This document shows, piece after piece, positions 1 through 9,758 of a stretch of DNA of 20,870 nt; position 1 is the first letter of the stretch, and each line of letters begins with the position of its first letter. The translations under genes and the position numbers were made by a program. Location of the stretch: positions 412 to 21,281 of the forward strand of contig CAZWPQ010000035.1 in assembly GCA_964636085.1 (NCBI GenBank), given 5' to 3'. The notes below the pieces were generated by a model. That model was not told where the DNA came from. It did not search any database and was given only the letters and a program-made list of their open reading frames with translations. This DNA is from an uncultured Nitrososphaerota archaeon (GTDB lineage: Archaea > Asgardarchaeota > Njordarchaeia > Njordarchaeales > Panguiarchaeaceae).

Positions 1-2
1 GT

Positions 3-941
3 TATGTGGCTAGTGTTCAACTAACCGTGGACATATCGCCTCCAATTGTGACTTTATTAGAGCCTTCTGAGTCTATTGTAACCAGTCATGATATATACGT
101 GGAGTGGAGAGTTATAGATAATTTTCAGGTTATGTATGTTGAGCTTTACGTGAATGGGCAATGTGTATATATAGGGAATGACACAAAGCATGTTCTTAGC
201 GTGGGGAGCGATGGTGTATATATTATATGTGCTAGGGCGTATGATATAGCTGGGAATTATGCTGAAGTCACAAAAACATTAATTGTGGATACACTTGAAC
301 CAACTGTAGTGATAACCTATCCATATGATGGACTGTACTTGAATATTTCAACAATAGCTGTGACATGGTCATATGAGGAAGAGAACCTAGAACACATAGG
401 GATAAGAGTTGATTATGGCGAATGGATCGATGTGGGGGGCAACACGAGCTATATATTGGAGTTGGAGGATGGAAGACATATTGTGGAAGTAAAGGTATAT
501 GATATAGCTGGGAACATCGCCAAGGACAGCGTTATATTCACCATTGATACTACGCCCCCAACAATAACGATAATAGAGCCAGAAAACAACAGCGTGGTGA
601 CGGAGGAAACTATAACAATAAGGCTATATGTCTTCGATGCCAACCTCGATACAGTCCTAATGAAGGCCAATGGGAAATGGACCGAATTAAAGGGAAATGA
701 ATACACAGTAAGCCTACATGAGGGAGAAAACAAGATATGGATAAGAGCGACAGACAAAGCTGGAAATACAAGGACGGTGGTGCTGATAGTAACACTAGAG
801 AAGATGCAACTAATGCCGTATGTGTTGCTAGCATTAGTGCCAGTAATATTTTTGGCGGCATTATCGTTGAAGAAAAAGAAAAAACATAGAAGAAGGGAAA
901 CATCTGAGGGAAGGAGTGATCTGGGGGCATATAAAATTTAG
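3..941 (+). CDS. C-terminal part of an Ig-like (Big/Ig_7-type) repeat surface protein with C-terminal membrane anchor; 5' end lies outside the window
   Basis: The frame is open from the window edge. It has three ~86-aa repeats starting 'D.(S/T)PP.V.I..P' and ending 'AYDIAGN / VYDIAGN / ATDKAGN', several NxS/T sequons, then hydrophobic LMPYVLLALVPVIFLAALSL followed by KKKKKHRRR. Confidence 0.85.
   Translation, partial: YVASVQLTVDISPPIVTLLEPSESIVTSHDIYVEWRVIDNFQVMYVELYVNGQCVYIGNDTKHVLSVGSDGVYIICARAYDIAGNYAEVTKTLIVDTLEPTVVITYPYDGLYLNISTIAVTWSYEEENLEHIGIRVDYGEWIDVGGNTSYILELEDGRHIVEVKVYDIAGNIAKDSVIFTIDTTPPTITIIEPENNSVVTEETITIRLYVFDANLDTVLMKANGKWTELKGNEYTVSLHEGENKIWIRATDKAGNTRTVVLIVTLEKMQLMPYVLLALVPVIFLAALSLKKKKKHRRRETSEGRSDLGAYKI
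240..514 (+). repeat. Exact 17-nt direct repeat TATGATATAGCTGGGAA at 240-256 and 498-514 (one Ig-repeat unit apart)
   Basis: Both copies encode YDIAG(N). The spacing of 258 nt equals 86 codons, consistent with intragenic domain duplication. Confidence 0.8.
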
Positions 942-3550
942 GATCTTCCAGCCTTTTTCTTTTTCTTGATTATGACACCCGAGGTTATTAGTCCGATTCC
1001 AATGCCAATAGGCATTATTGTTGTTGGGGAAACCAGCTTCTTCCCTGCTTGTATTGTTACGATTATAAGTACCTTAGATACTCTTCTCTCATCATTAGCT
1101 TTGATAACAATCGTATGGTTGCCATCACTCAAAACCATAGTGCCGCAGAAACACTCATTCTCATAGGAAAGCGTCGTACTGATCCCCATATCGAGCACGA
1201 TTACACTAACAATAACATCCTCACCCGTTGCGGGTCTAACCCCATAATATACCTCAACCAAGAAATCGATTGTTTTACTATTATACGCCGTCTGGTTCTC
1301 CGGCGAAATAACAACTATCACCAAGGAAACATCACTCACATTTATTTTTTCCTTGTTTATTGTTGTGGATCCAGATCCATCGGTAACCCGTATCCACATC
1401 CACCATGTACCTGGGTAATAATGGACACTGAGTTCGAATTCAAATTTTATGGCCACGACCGTGTTGTTGATCCAACAAATATTGTAGTATAGTTCGTACT
1501 TTCTTCCATATGGATCATATATCTCCACACTACAATTTACTATTCCGTCTGGATCCGAAACCGTGTACTCCCCAACGATTGTTTGGCCTAGCGTTATGTT
1601 CGATGATAGGTATATCTTATTGTATATTGTTTTTCTAACACACAACATTAGAGTGGTGTTGTAGTTTTTATAGTATTTCCCTCCGTAGATGCATACCCAT
1701 AGTTCGTATTTTCCGTTCTCTAGCTCAACTGGTGGTTTCAAGTATGCCTCGTATGGATTTTCTCGAATCTCACTAGTAACTAGGTACCATCTCCCAGATA
1801 TGTTTATGAATATCCATAACTCGCATCCATATACGAAGTTGCCTTCGTCATCTCGCACTTCGGAGTAGAATCTAAAAGTATCTACTTGTAGTGCATCTAT
1901 GTCGAATGTTGGTGATAGTATTTCCTTTAACACAGTCACATATATGGTTTTCTCCGCCGCCATATATTTTTGGTTTTCTGGAACATATATCAATATTGTA
2001 AATGTCCCTATCTCTGTAAACGACATTGTTATTGTGGTTGGCCCAGTCGCGTTTGAGTATCCATAGCATGCCAATTCATCATTAATGTAGAGCTCGAAGT
2101 ATAACGATACTGTGGAGCCATTTATCTGGTCCGTGATAGAGAAGCTTATGTTGGTATCATCTCCATATCTCGTCGTTATATTTGAACAGCATATCAGGAC
2201 ATGTCTCTTCTCGATAAGTAGATATCTCGTAGTAGTTATAGTATTGTCTCCCGCGTCATATATTCCTATCACTATCTTTAGATATGTATAATACCCAATA
2301 TTAATGGTTAGATTCCACTCTGAAGCATTATTCCATACTTCAAGTTCCCCACTCACATTCTGGTATATACATATTCCCTCCACGAGCTTGGAGAACTCAA
2401 AGTTTGCCGTCGTCAATAATTCCCATGTCAAGTTATCCTGGCTTTGATATAGAGTGCAGTTTACTTTCTTTATGCTACTGTTAGCGTTTTCAACTACCAG
2501 CACACTTATATCTATAGGCTCGTCTGCATAAAAACCATGTTTGGATATTATAGTAATATTCTGAAGTATAGGGCTGTATGGGTCTCTAACATAGTAGACA
2601 AATCCTCGACTATATTCGTTTCCAGCGGCATCAATTGCCGTGACTTCATAAATAACTTGTCCAGGAGGGAGGGGAGGCATGTCTGCTACCCACTTCTCGT
2701 ACCAATATTCCGTCCCATTATACCATGCATCCACTATGTAAAAGTGTTCATAATCCCGCGAATAGTTTACATAAACATGCTTAACCCTGAAATTATCATC
2801 GATTCCTAATACTATCATTACTCTATCCGTTGGATCTATGGGGTCTTTAGTGGAGTTATCGAGAGTATTTATGGGAAGATATTCTTTAATACTAATAGTA
2901 TCAGGGGCTTCATAGTCAAAGCATATGGAGTCCACATTCTGCAGGGAGCTAGTAGTGTTTTCGCCATTTATGTTCATTGCTGTTATATTTATGCTATATA
3001 CTCCCTGTTCAATCTCTGCGTCTGTTCCTTTAAGAGGCCTTAGAGTAAAACTCGCATTAAAGTATGTAGCCGACGAATTATCGTCCCACCCTGCGACAAT
3101 AAGCGTATTTGGAATCCACATGTATACATCTGCATCCCAGCCCGTCCCAGTATACACGAAACTTATCCATAGGAATCCATTAACCGTCAGGTTTACGTAG
3201 TCTAGGCCTCCATCCACATCGCTTACGATTATGTGAAACAGTAAGTCCTTACCATTCGTGTATAGCACTCTATCCAATATGTATGGATCTGTATCCCCCT
3301 CAACAAACTCCACCGTAGCGTACGAAATCGTTGGAGCAGCCTGCGTCCTCATTTTTATTATTTTCCTAGGCCTATACTGTTTAATTCTTTGTTGTGCTCT
3401 ATATACTCCTACTGGTTGCTTTTCCTTCTGTACACTCGAAAATATGTATCTGCCTTTCCTCTCTTGCATATCCGCATGGGGGCCGTGGTATGAGAAATAC
3501 ACAAACTGGATATGAACCAAGATTAGAATAAACAGCACCAACAATCTCAA
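938..3550 (-). CDS. Large secreted multi-Ig-like (beta-sandwich) glycoprotein with C-terminal TM anchor, 870 aa
   Basis: TTG start preceded by a GGGGTGG RBS and an N-terminal hydrophobic signal. Repeated 'V.D.DG', 'AIDAAGN' and 'IYDAGDN' Ig-type turns and many NxS/T sequons. C-terminus is IMPIGIGIGLITSGVII-KKKKK. Its stop overlaps the convergent stop of the left-hand gene. Confidence 0.8.
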   Translation of the reverse strand: MRLLVLFILILVHIQFVYFSYHGPHADMQERKGRYIFSSVQKEKQPVGVYRAQQRIKQYRPRKIIKMRTQAAPTISYATVEFVEGDTDPYILDRVLYTNGKDLLFHIIVSDVDGGLDYVNLTVNGFLWISFVYTGTGWDADVYMWIPNTLIVAGWDDNSSATYFNASFTLRPLKGTDAEIEQGVYSINITAMNINGENTTSSLQNVDSICFDYEAPDTISIKEYLPINTLDNSTKDPIDPTDRVMIVLGIDDNFRVKHVYVNYSRDYEHFYIVDAWYNGTEYWYEKWVADMPPLPPGQVIYEVTAIDAAGNEYSRGFVYYVRDPYSPILQNITIISKHGFYADEPIDISVLVVENANSSIKKVNCTLYQSQDNLTWELLTTANFEFSKLVEGICIYQNVSGELEVWNNASEWNLTINIGYYTYLKIVIGIYDAGDNTITTTRYLLIEKRHVLICCSNITTRYGDDTNISFSITDQINGSTVSLYFELYINDELACYGYSNATGPTTITMSFTEIGTFTILIYVPENQKYMAAEKTIYVTVLKEILSPTFDIDALQVDTFRFYSEVRDDEGNFVYGCELWIFINISGRWYLVTSEIRENPYEAYLKPPVELENGKYELWVCIYGGKYYKNYNTTLMLCVRKTIYNKIYLSSNITLGQTIVGEYTVSDPDGIVNCSVEIYDPYGRKYELYYNICWINNTVVAIKFEFELSVHYYPGTWWMWIRVTDGSGSTTINKEKINVSDVSLVIVVISPENQTAYNSKTIDFLVEVYYGVRPATGEDVIVSVIVLDMGISTTLSYENECFCGTMVLSDGNHTIVIKANDERRVSKVLIIVTIQAGKKLVSPTTIMPIGIGIGLITSGVIIKKKKKAGRS

Positions 3551-3628
3551 AAATGACCACCCCGAGACATAAAATATCTTATATCTTTTATATTTATTTA
3601 TCTGTAGAAGATATAAAAGGTGTAGAAT
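3551..3628. promoter_or_regulatory. Divergent promoter region with a 9-bp inverted repeat of TATA-like elements
   Basis: 78-nt AT-rich gap between divergent starts. CTTTTATAT (3585-3593) and ATATAAAAG (3611-3619) are perfect reverse complements. Confidence 0.55.
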
Positions 3629-4009
3629 ATGGAACTAGTTTCCACATTTTTTGGTGTCCTAAAAGATAATGCTATAATTACTATAGTTGTTAATTGTAGC
3701 GAAGAAGACTGGAAGAGGCTCGTTGAGAGCCCTATACGATTCTTCTACAATAGGCTATTTAAAATAGTTGGCCTACGGTACGATAAATTCAATGACTTCT
3801 CACCCGGATTGGCCATCGACAATGAAGATTCACTTAACGCTTTGATCCGATTTTTATCCACAGCCATCAATAAGAAAGAATACATAATACAATACATCAA
3901 GATATCTCCGCCAGCCATAAATATGTTTGCGACAATACCGGTGGAGGACACAACAATATTCCAAGAAATCCTAAATGACCTAAAAATTGCGAAAGGAGGG
4001 AAATCATGA
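3629..4009 (+). CDS. Hypothetical cytoplasmic protein, 126 aa, first gene of the plus-strand operon
   Basis: ATG start, genome-typical codon use and an ATGA overlap with the next gene. No motif recognised. Confidence 0.7.
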   Translation: MELVSTFFGVLKDNAIITIVVNCSEEDWKRLVESPIRFFYNRLFKIVGLRYDKFNDFSPGLAIDNEDSLNALIRFLSTAINKKEYIIQYIKISPPAINMFATIPVEDTTIFQEILNDLKIAKGGKS

Positions 4010-4800
4010 AAATAGCATCACTACTAACTATATTTCTACTTTTAACGTTTGTTGTTTCAACCAAGAGGATAAGATGCCCTGAAATACAAAAGGAAAGCAC
4101 TAATTGGAGGTCTGGGCTTGCATTAACCGTGGCACAATTGGTTCCAGATGATGCTATAAGATCTAGATTGCTTAGTAATAAATATACAATAATGAAATAT
4201 GCAGAAGAGCCAGCCAGTTGGAATAATACACAGAGCCATACATCAAAAAACCTTTTGGATAATGTTAAGTATAGCTATGATGCACTGATAGACGCTATGA
4301 ACAAAAACAATTGGACGCTAATAAGCATGAGGTTCGGGGTACTTAGCCACTGGATCGGGGACTGTGCTGATCCATTCAGCTTAACTAACAACATATCGAT
4401 AGACTACTATTGCATATACGAGGAATTTCTTGATATGTGGTCTGAAGACATTTTTACTGGCATTCTGGAGAAATCTAGCACCCTAGAACTAAAGGAGGCA
4501 GATAATATAACAAAAACTGTTGATAGTCTTATGAGATGCACAGAGCAGAAATATAAATCAATAATTGAGGCTATAGACAAAAACGATACCGCATTACTCC
4601 TTAGCCATGTGGAATACCTAGCTGAGGAAGCAACAAAAACCCTCTACGCAATAACGATAAGTGCAATAAAGCGCTCTGAATTAGCAACAAGTATGCGTGT
4701 TCTTGAGCGATGGAGATGGGTGGCTATAGCTATGATCCTCCTTTCTGTGATTATTATTATTGCCTCAGAGATAAAGAAAAAAATCGCAAGGAGATTGTGA
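4006..4800 (+). CDS. Membrane-anchored zinc-dependent phospholipase C / S1-P1 nuclease fold protein, probably catalytically degenerate
   Basis: Signal peptide followed by a helical body. FGVLSHWIGDCADPFS matches the family 'LG..HY..D...P.H' motif but lacks the final His. C-terminal TM WVAIAMILLSVIIII plus basic tail. GGAGGG RBS. Confidence 0.65.
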   Translation: MKIASLLTIFLLLTFVVSTKRIRCPEIQKESTNWRSGLALTVAQLVPDDAIRSRLLSNKYTIMKYAEEPASWNNTQSHTSKNLLDNVKYSYDALIDAMNKNNWTLISMRFGVLSHWIGDCADPFSLTNNISIDYYCIYEEFLDMWSEDIFTGILEKSSTLELKEADNITKTVDSLMRCTEQKYKSIIEAIDKNDTALLLSHVEYLAEEATKTLYAITISAIKRSELATSMRVLERWRWVAIAMILLSVIIIIASEIKKKIARRL

Positions 4801-7034
4801 TGAGACACCTCATATTCGTAATGGTTATAGTTTGTTCTTTATTCCTAAGTATATGTAATTCACCAATTAGCCATATATCCAGACAGAATAAAAAATTGTG
4901 GCAAAACGAAAATATTGCAAGCAACCAACAATATCTAAGCACGCTAAATCATGAAGCGTGGAACATAACAAATGCCGTGGAATATATCGCGAGTTGCCAG
5001 CATGTAGATGGAGGCTTTGGACCACCCGGGCAAATTAGCTATCTAAACTATACCTCCATGGCTATATTTGTGCTTGGGTGGCTTGGAGAATTAGGCAAAA
5101 TATCTATAGAAGATGCACTAGATTTTATCCTAGATTGTTATGTTGGTTATGGTTTTGGCAATGTGCTTTATCCAGAGGATGCAGACATTATCAGTACTTG
5201 GTATGGGGTGCGAGCTCTAAAATATTTGGGCCGTCTAGACCTAATTGATGTAGAGGCAATAAAAAACTATGCCCTAAGCATTCCTTGGGAAACAACGGTT
5301 ACAATGGCCCTAGCAATAGACATACTATTCAACCTTAATTTCCTTGATGTTGTGGATGTAGATAGTGTCGTATACTACTTAACTAGTAATCCACCGGAGG
5401 GGGTAAACTATATCGATGTTGGTTTTCTCAACACACCCTATGATGAGTACCCAAACATAATATCGACGTGGGCTGGAATAAAAATCATGAGCACTCTGGG
5501 GCATCTCGATGCGATCAATGGGAATAAAGTATCCAGATTTATTATCAGAACCCAGAATAGTGATGGAGGTTTTAGAGACAGCGAGTATAGCGTAGGAAAC
5601 TCCCGAATCGACTATACATTCTATGCAGTAGACTCTCTAAGAATGCTTGGCAACCTTGATAATGGAAATATGCCATTTGCCGCACTATATAGTGTTATTA
5701 CTGCAAACACTGGGGGTCTAGGGGATGTTCTCTATGCACTCCTTACACTACAGAGTCTTGAAAAAATTATGATACCGTTGGAGATAAACATAAATGCTAC
5801 AACCGTTAGCCTAGGGGACAAAATAAACATAAGTCTAAGACTGGTTAATGTTTACGGTGAAGAGATAGACAATGCACTAACAATGCTAAGTGTTGGGAAT
5901 ATTACCGCCATATTCTCCGAGGCATCAGGGTGCTACGGGATAATATTTGACACAAGGGATCTGGATAATGGCACATACAACGCAACCATAACCTCCACGC
6001 GGGACCCCTATATAAAATTCAAGTACAACTTTAGCCTAATCGTGCTGAAGTGTATGTATATTGGCGAGATATATTATGGAGGAGAAATCATTGCGGGGCA
6101 GAAAACACAGCTAACACTACAGTTAACGGACAGATGGGGACAACCAATACTTGGGGCAGAAGTAAAGGTAAAACTCCAGGGAAGAGAATTTAATCTAGAC
6201 GGCGTTGGCGGCGGCATATATGTTGGGAACATATCCGCTGACTTTCCAGAGAAAAACGGAACAATGATAATTAGGGCCCAGAAACAGGGGTACTATCCAT
6301 TAACACGGGTATATTATGTGACTGTAAAGCCTCCCGAGATAAAATCAAACATAAATATAATCCCCAAGGCAATTGCGTACGGGCTAATATTATTGGCAAT
6401 ACTTGTCTTGGCACGAAGTGTGGAGAATGGGTTTATATCGCTAGGATACATGATACTCCTAGTCGCTCTGATGGACATCTCTGGATTACTTAGCTATGTT
6501 AATACCGATTTGGTGTTGATGGGGCTGGGTACATCCATAATATTATTCTCAGTACACGAACAAAGACAGGGAGTATTAGAGCTACTCGGATTGTTTATTT
6601 GCGTAGGAATAATGGGGCTATTGTTTGGATATGCTGCATATTTCCTCGGAGCCATACTGTTCCTCACAGCATCCCTAGCATATATGGTTGCTCCTGGAGA
6701 GAGAAACCTAATACTTCGAGATCTTGCGAAATGCGTTATTGGATGGACCATAACCCTAATCAGTCTTAGTGCGGGATTTATGTTCTTGGAGAACCCCTTT
6801 ACATTCCAAGGTAGATTAGCTCCACCAGCGGGCATAGGAATGAGTTTTGCTGGATACGTTGGCTTGCTTTGGTATTCTATATTCATCTTTATACCTATAA
6901 TAACAGCCTCCAAATTCGCATATATTATTGCCGCAGGGTTAAGGCTAAAGGTAAGCGAACTATATCGAAGAATTACTGGCGAGGTTGAAGGAACTCTGGA
7001 AAGAGGAGCTGAGAGTGGGGGTGATGAACTTTGA
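4800..7034 (+). CDS. Prenyltransferase/squalene-oxidase repeat (alpha/alpha barrel) protein with Ig-like domains and a ~7-TM C-terminal domain
   Basis: The likely start is ATG 4800 (TGATG coupling; MRHLIFVMVIVCSLF signal peptide) rather than 4710. Repeats are YIASCQHVDGGFG, FILDCYVGYGFG and FIIRTQNSDGGF, with 'ISTWYGV / ISTWAGI / DYTFYAV' helices. Two beta-sandwich domains (VNVYGEEIDNA, TDRWGQPILGA) precede about seven hydrophobic segments. Confidence 0.8.
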   Translation: MRHLIFVMVIVCSLFLSICNSPISHISRQNKKLWQNENIASNQQYLSTLNHEAWNITNAVEYIASCQHVDGGFGPPGQISYLNYTSMAIFVLGWLGELGKISIEDALDFILDCYVGYGFGNVLYPEDADIISTWYGVRALKYLGRLDLIDVEAIKNYALSIPWETTVTMALAIDILFNLNFLDVVDVDSVVYYLTSNPPEGVNYIDVGFLNTPYDEYPNIISTWAGIKIMSTLGHLDAINGNKVSRFIIRTQNSDGGFRDSEYSVGNSRIDYTFYAVDSLRMLGNLDNGNMPFAALYSVITANTGGLGDVLYALLTLQSLEKIMIPLEININATTVSLGDKINISLRLVNVYGEEIDNALTMLSVGNITAIFSEASGCYGIIFDTRDLDNGTYNATITSTRDPYIKFKYNFSLIVLKCMYIGEIYYGGEIIAGQKTQLTLQLTDRWGQPILGAEVKVKLQGREFNLDGVGGGIYVGNISADFPEKNGTMIIRAQKQGYYPLTRVYYVTVKPPEIKSNINIIPKAIAYGLILLAILVLARSVENGFISLGYMILLVALMDISGLLSYVNTDLVLMGLGTSIILFSVHEQRQGVLELLGLFICVGIMGLLFGYAAYFLGAILFLTASLAYMVAPGERNLILRDLAKCVIGWTITLISLSAGFMFLENPFTFQGRLAPPAGIGMSFAGYVGLLWYSIFIFIPIITASKFAYIIAAGLRLKVSELYRRITGEVEGTLERGAESGGDEL

Positions 7035-9100
7035 AGAATGCAATATTGTTATTGATAATAGTACTGCTTTTTATTCCTTCAAAGCCCAGCACAGCTTCAA
7101 GTGTGTACACAAAAGTAAAGCATAATCATGTACCTAGCGATGGTGTAGCACCAAAAATCATGACACATTATTCGAATCCATCATCTAGAATAAACCGCCC
7201 CAACAATAGAAAAATAAGGATGCATATACTAAATTATAGATCTATAATCATCCGGAATGTTTATCACGAGCCCGAGTATCCGGAGTATAGCGATGGTGTA
7301 TCCATTTATGCAGAGGTCTATGGTGCCGACGAAGTCTACATAAACTATACCTATGGATCCGTATATAATCTTGTCAAAATGACACAACAGGTCGGCAACA
7401 CATATTACTATACCTTGCCACCAAACCAGTATGGAACTACAGTGGTTTACAGGATACAGGCCTATAACTATTCAGAGTCCTCCTCCGCACATAGTGAATG
7501 GTACAACTTTACCTATTCCGATTTTACGCCACCAAGTATAGAAACTATTGAAAAGGCCAATAATAGTCTAACTCTCCGACCCGTTAAGTTTCGAGTAAAT
7601 GTTACCGAGGACATGAACGCAAGTGGGGTATATGGAGCATACATAATTCTACAATATAGTCCTGACAACAGAACTTGGGGAGATCCAGTATCATACATGC
7701 TCTCGTATAACTCTACATCCAAGCTTTGGGAAATCGAGATAAGTTTTGTAGATTACGGATACTACAGATACTATTTTGTTGCTGAGGATCATGCTGGAAA
7801 TATCGCATATCTGCCCGATAGTGGGTACTATTACCTAATAATATATCCAAGATATGCCGAGATTATTGGGAACAACATTACTGTTTCTTACTCGGATAGT
7901 GTCATTGTTAGGGTTCAGTTGGTGGATTTGAATGATAGTAGGCCAATAAAATATGCCTACATAGATGTATATCTAAATAAAACATCTGGGCTTGAGTATT
8001 TAACCACAATACAGACAAATGGGACTGGATATACTTGGTTTACGCTGCATGCCTCTTGGAGTGTGGGGCAATATGGATTGGTGTTTATTTTTGAGGATCC
8101 TAGCTACAAGAGGCTGGAGAAAACATTTGTGCTGGAGATAGTTCCCGAATCCGTTGTATTTGATGTTGATGCAGATACAAATACGTATAATGCCACCATA
8201 GAAATTGATATTGTGGATGATGATGGGGATAGCATCGAATATGGATCCGTTAGGATTGAGTCGGGATCCATACTTTTTGACAAAAGGTTAAATGACTTGA
8301 TGGATATAACGGTAATTGTGGATATTTTTGATGCAATCAACTTTTTCTCAAATGGCTCATGGTGGCTAGCCCTGAATATTACATTCTACGGAAACCCTAA
8401 CTACAAGAATACGACTGAGAGATATATTATCCCCATATCCGCAACAATAATCGAGGCATCATATAACTCTAGCATAAAACAGGGAGAATACATACACATA
8501 ATCGTCAACATTACTGATAAAGATGGACTAATCAACTATACCATAAAATTAGACGAGACCATCCTGAGAAACGAATTAGCATACTCTTCAGAGATCAGGC
8601 TAGACATAGAACATAAGATTAGTATATCTACAGAAATTGGGCAACACGCTATAATTGTCGAGGTTGTGGATGCAAAAGGAGGTAGAGTATCACGAACATT
8701 CATATTCTATGTGGAAGCAACAAAAATAATTCTATATGCAGAATTCATAGTAACTGGTGGTGCCTTAAAAATAAATGGAACCACGAAATATGAATGCGAT
8801 TGGAGCCCAGAAAACATCTCGATAAAAATCATAATTCAGCAAGGCGAGGAAATAAAGATATACAAAGTAGAGAACAGAACAATAAGAAACAACACGATAT
8901 TTTGGTGCATAACCATAAACATCGAAGGAGAGATCATAGCCAAAATACTGGCCTTAGACCCCTACGGACATACTGCCGAAATATCAAAGACGCTAAATAT
9001 CCCACCACCAGGAAAAGAAATTCCAATCTGGCTACCAATAATTGTGGCTGGGATACTGGGGGCTAGTACCTATTTGTTTCTTATGAGGAAAAGAGAGTAA
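7031..9100 (+). CDS. Secreted multi-Ig-like glycoprotein with C-terminal TM anchor, 689 aa; paralogue of 938..3550
   Basis: TTG start overlapping the upstream TGA, with a GGGGTGA RBS and a signal peptide. Motifs DFTPPSI, AEDHAGN, TNGTG and DKDG. C-terminus is PPPGKEIPIWLPIIVAGILGASTYLFLMRKRE. Confidence 0.8.
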   Translation: MKNAILLLIIVLLFIPSKPSTASSVYTKVKHNHVPSDGVAPKIMTHYSNPSSRINRPNNRKIRMHILNYRSIIIRNVYHEPEYPEYSDGVSIYAEVYGADEVYINYTYGSVYNLVKMTQQVGNTYYYTLPPNQYGTTVVYRIQAYNYSESSSAHSEWYNFTYSDFTPPSIETIEKANNSLTLRPVKFRVNVTEDMNASGVYGAYIILQYSPDNRTWGDPVSYMLSYNSTSKLWEIEISFVDYGYYRYYFVAEDHAGNIAYLPDSGYYYLIIYPRYAEIIGNNITVSYSDSVIVRVQLVDLNDSRPIKYAYIDVYLNKTSGLEYLTTIQTNGTGYTWFTLHASWSVGQYGLVFIFEDPSYKRLEKTFVLEIVPESVVFDVDADTNTYNATIEIDIVDDDGDSIEYGSVRIESGSILFDKRLNDLMDITVIVDIFDAINFFSNGSWWLALNITFYGNPNYKNTTERYIIPISATIIEASYNSSIKQGEYIHIIVNITDKDGLINYTIKLDETILRNELAYSSEIRLDIEHKISISTEIGQHAIIVEVVDAKGGRVSRTFIFYVEATKIILYAEFIVTGGALKINGTTKYECDWSPENISIKIIIQQGEEIKIYKVENRTIRNNTIFWCITINIEGEIIAKILALDPYGHTAEISKTLNIPPPGKEIPIWLPIIVAGILGASTYLFLMRKRE

Positions 9101-9589
9101 TCACTTTATCTTACTTATCTTTTTCAACATTACGATTAATAGGTCCAAGTGCTCGAAGATTCTGAGAAATCTATCTATAACATATCTAGGCGCTATATCC
9201 ACATACATTTCTATCCACTCTCCCACTTTTGTCCTGATTCTCGTCCATGCTTTTGCGATCTCCTGAAGTACATGCATTATGTCTTCTGTTCTCTCTAAAA
9301 TGTTATTAGTTCTGGTTCGGGGTGTTATTTCTATGATCCATCCTTTTTGCGTGTTATGTATTCTAAAGCTTTTGCCGTATTTCTTTAGATCCGCTTTGGC
9401 GAACTTGATTGCTAGGCCGACAATTATTAGGTCGCTAGCCTTCTTTATGTTATGTTCTAGTCTTAGTTTTTTACCTATTGGGAGATCCCTAAAGTCCTTC
9501 ACAAACTTTTCGGCAAGAGACAGAGACTTTTCTAGTAATTCTTCTGATACGAGTTCAAATTCTTGATCGAAATCGTATATAAACGTCAT
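9101..9589 (-). CDS. Hypothetical protein, 162 aa, mostly helical
   Basis: ATG preceded by a GGGGGGT RBS, genome-typical composition, and a stop directly abutting the convergent stop at 9100. Confidence 0.7.
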   Translation of the reverse strand: MTFIYDFDQEFELVSEELLEKSLSLAEKFVKDFRDLPIGKKLRLEHNIKKASDLIIVGLAIKFAKADLKKYGKSFRIHNTQKGWIIEITPRTRTNNILERTEDIMHVLQEIAKAWTRIRTKVGEWIEMYVDIAPRYVIDRFLRIFEHLDLLIVMLKKISKIK

Positions 9590-9758
9590 ATTACCCCCCG
9601 ATTAATATGTTTCGCTCTGATATTAACCATGCAATGTAAAAATATACATAAATTATGCGTTGATTCCCCCCTAGATACCAGCAAGATACCTATAATTTTT
9701 ACTTTTCATTTACTCCTCTATAAAATAGTAGAGTAGGTTGAAACTAAAGTAGGTTGGC

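Noticed and set aside
4710-4799. ORF-track N-terminal extension of the 774-aa protein
   Set aside because: It overlaps the upstream gene by 90 nt. ATG 4800 gives TGATG coupling and a clean signal peptide.
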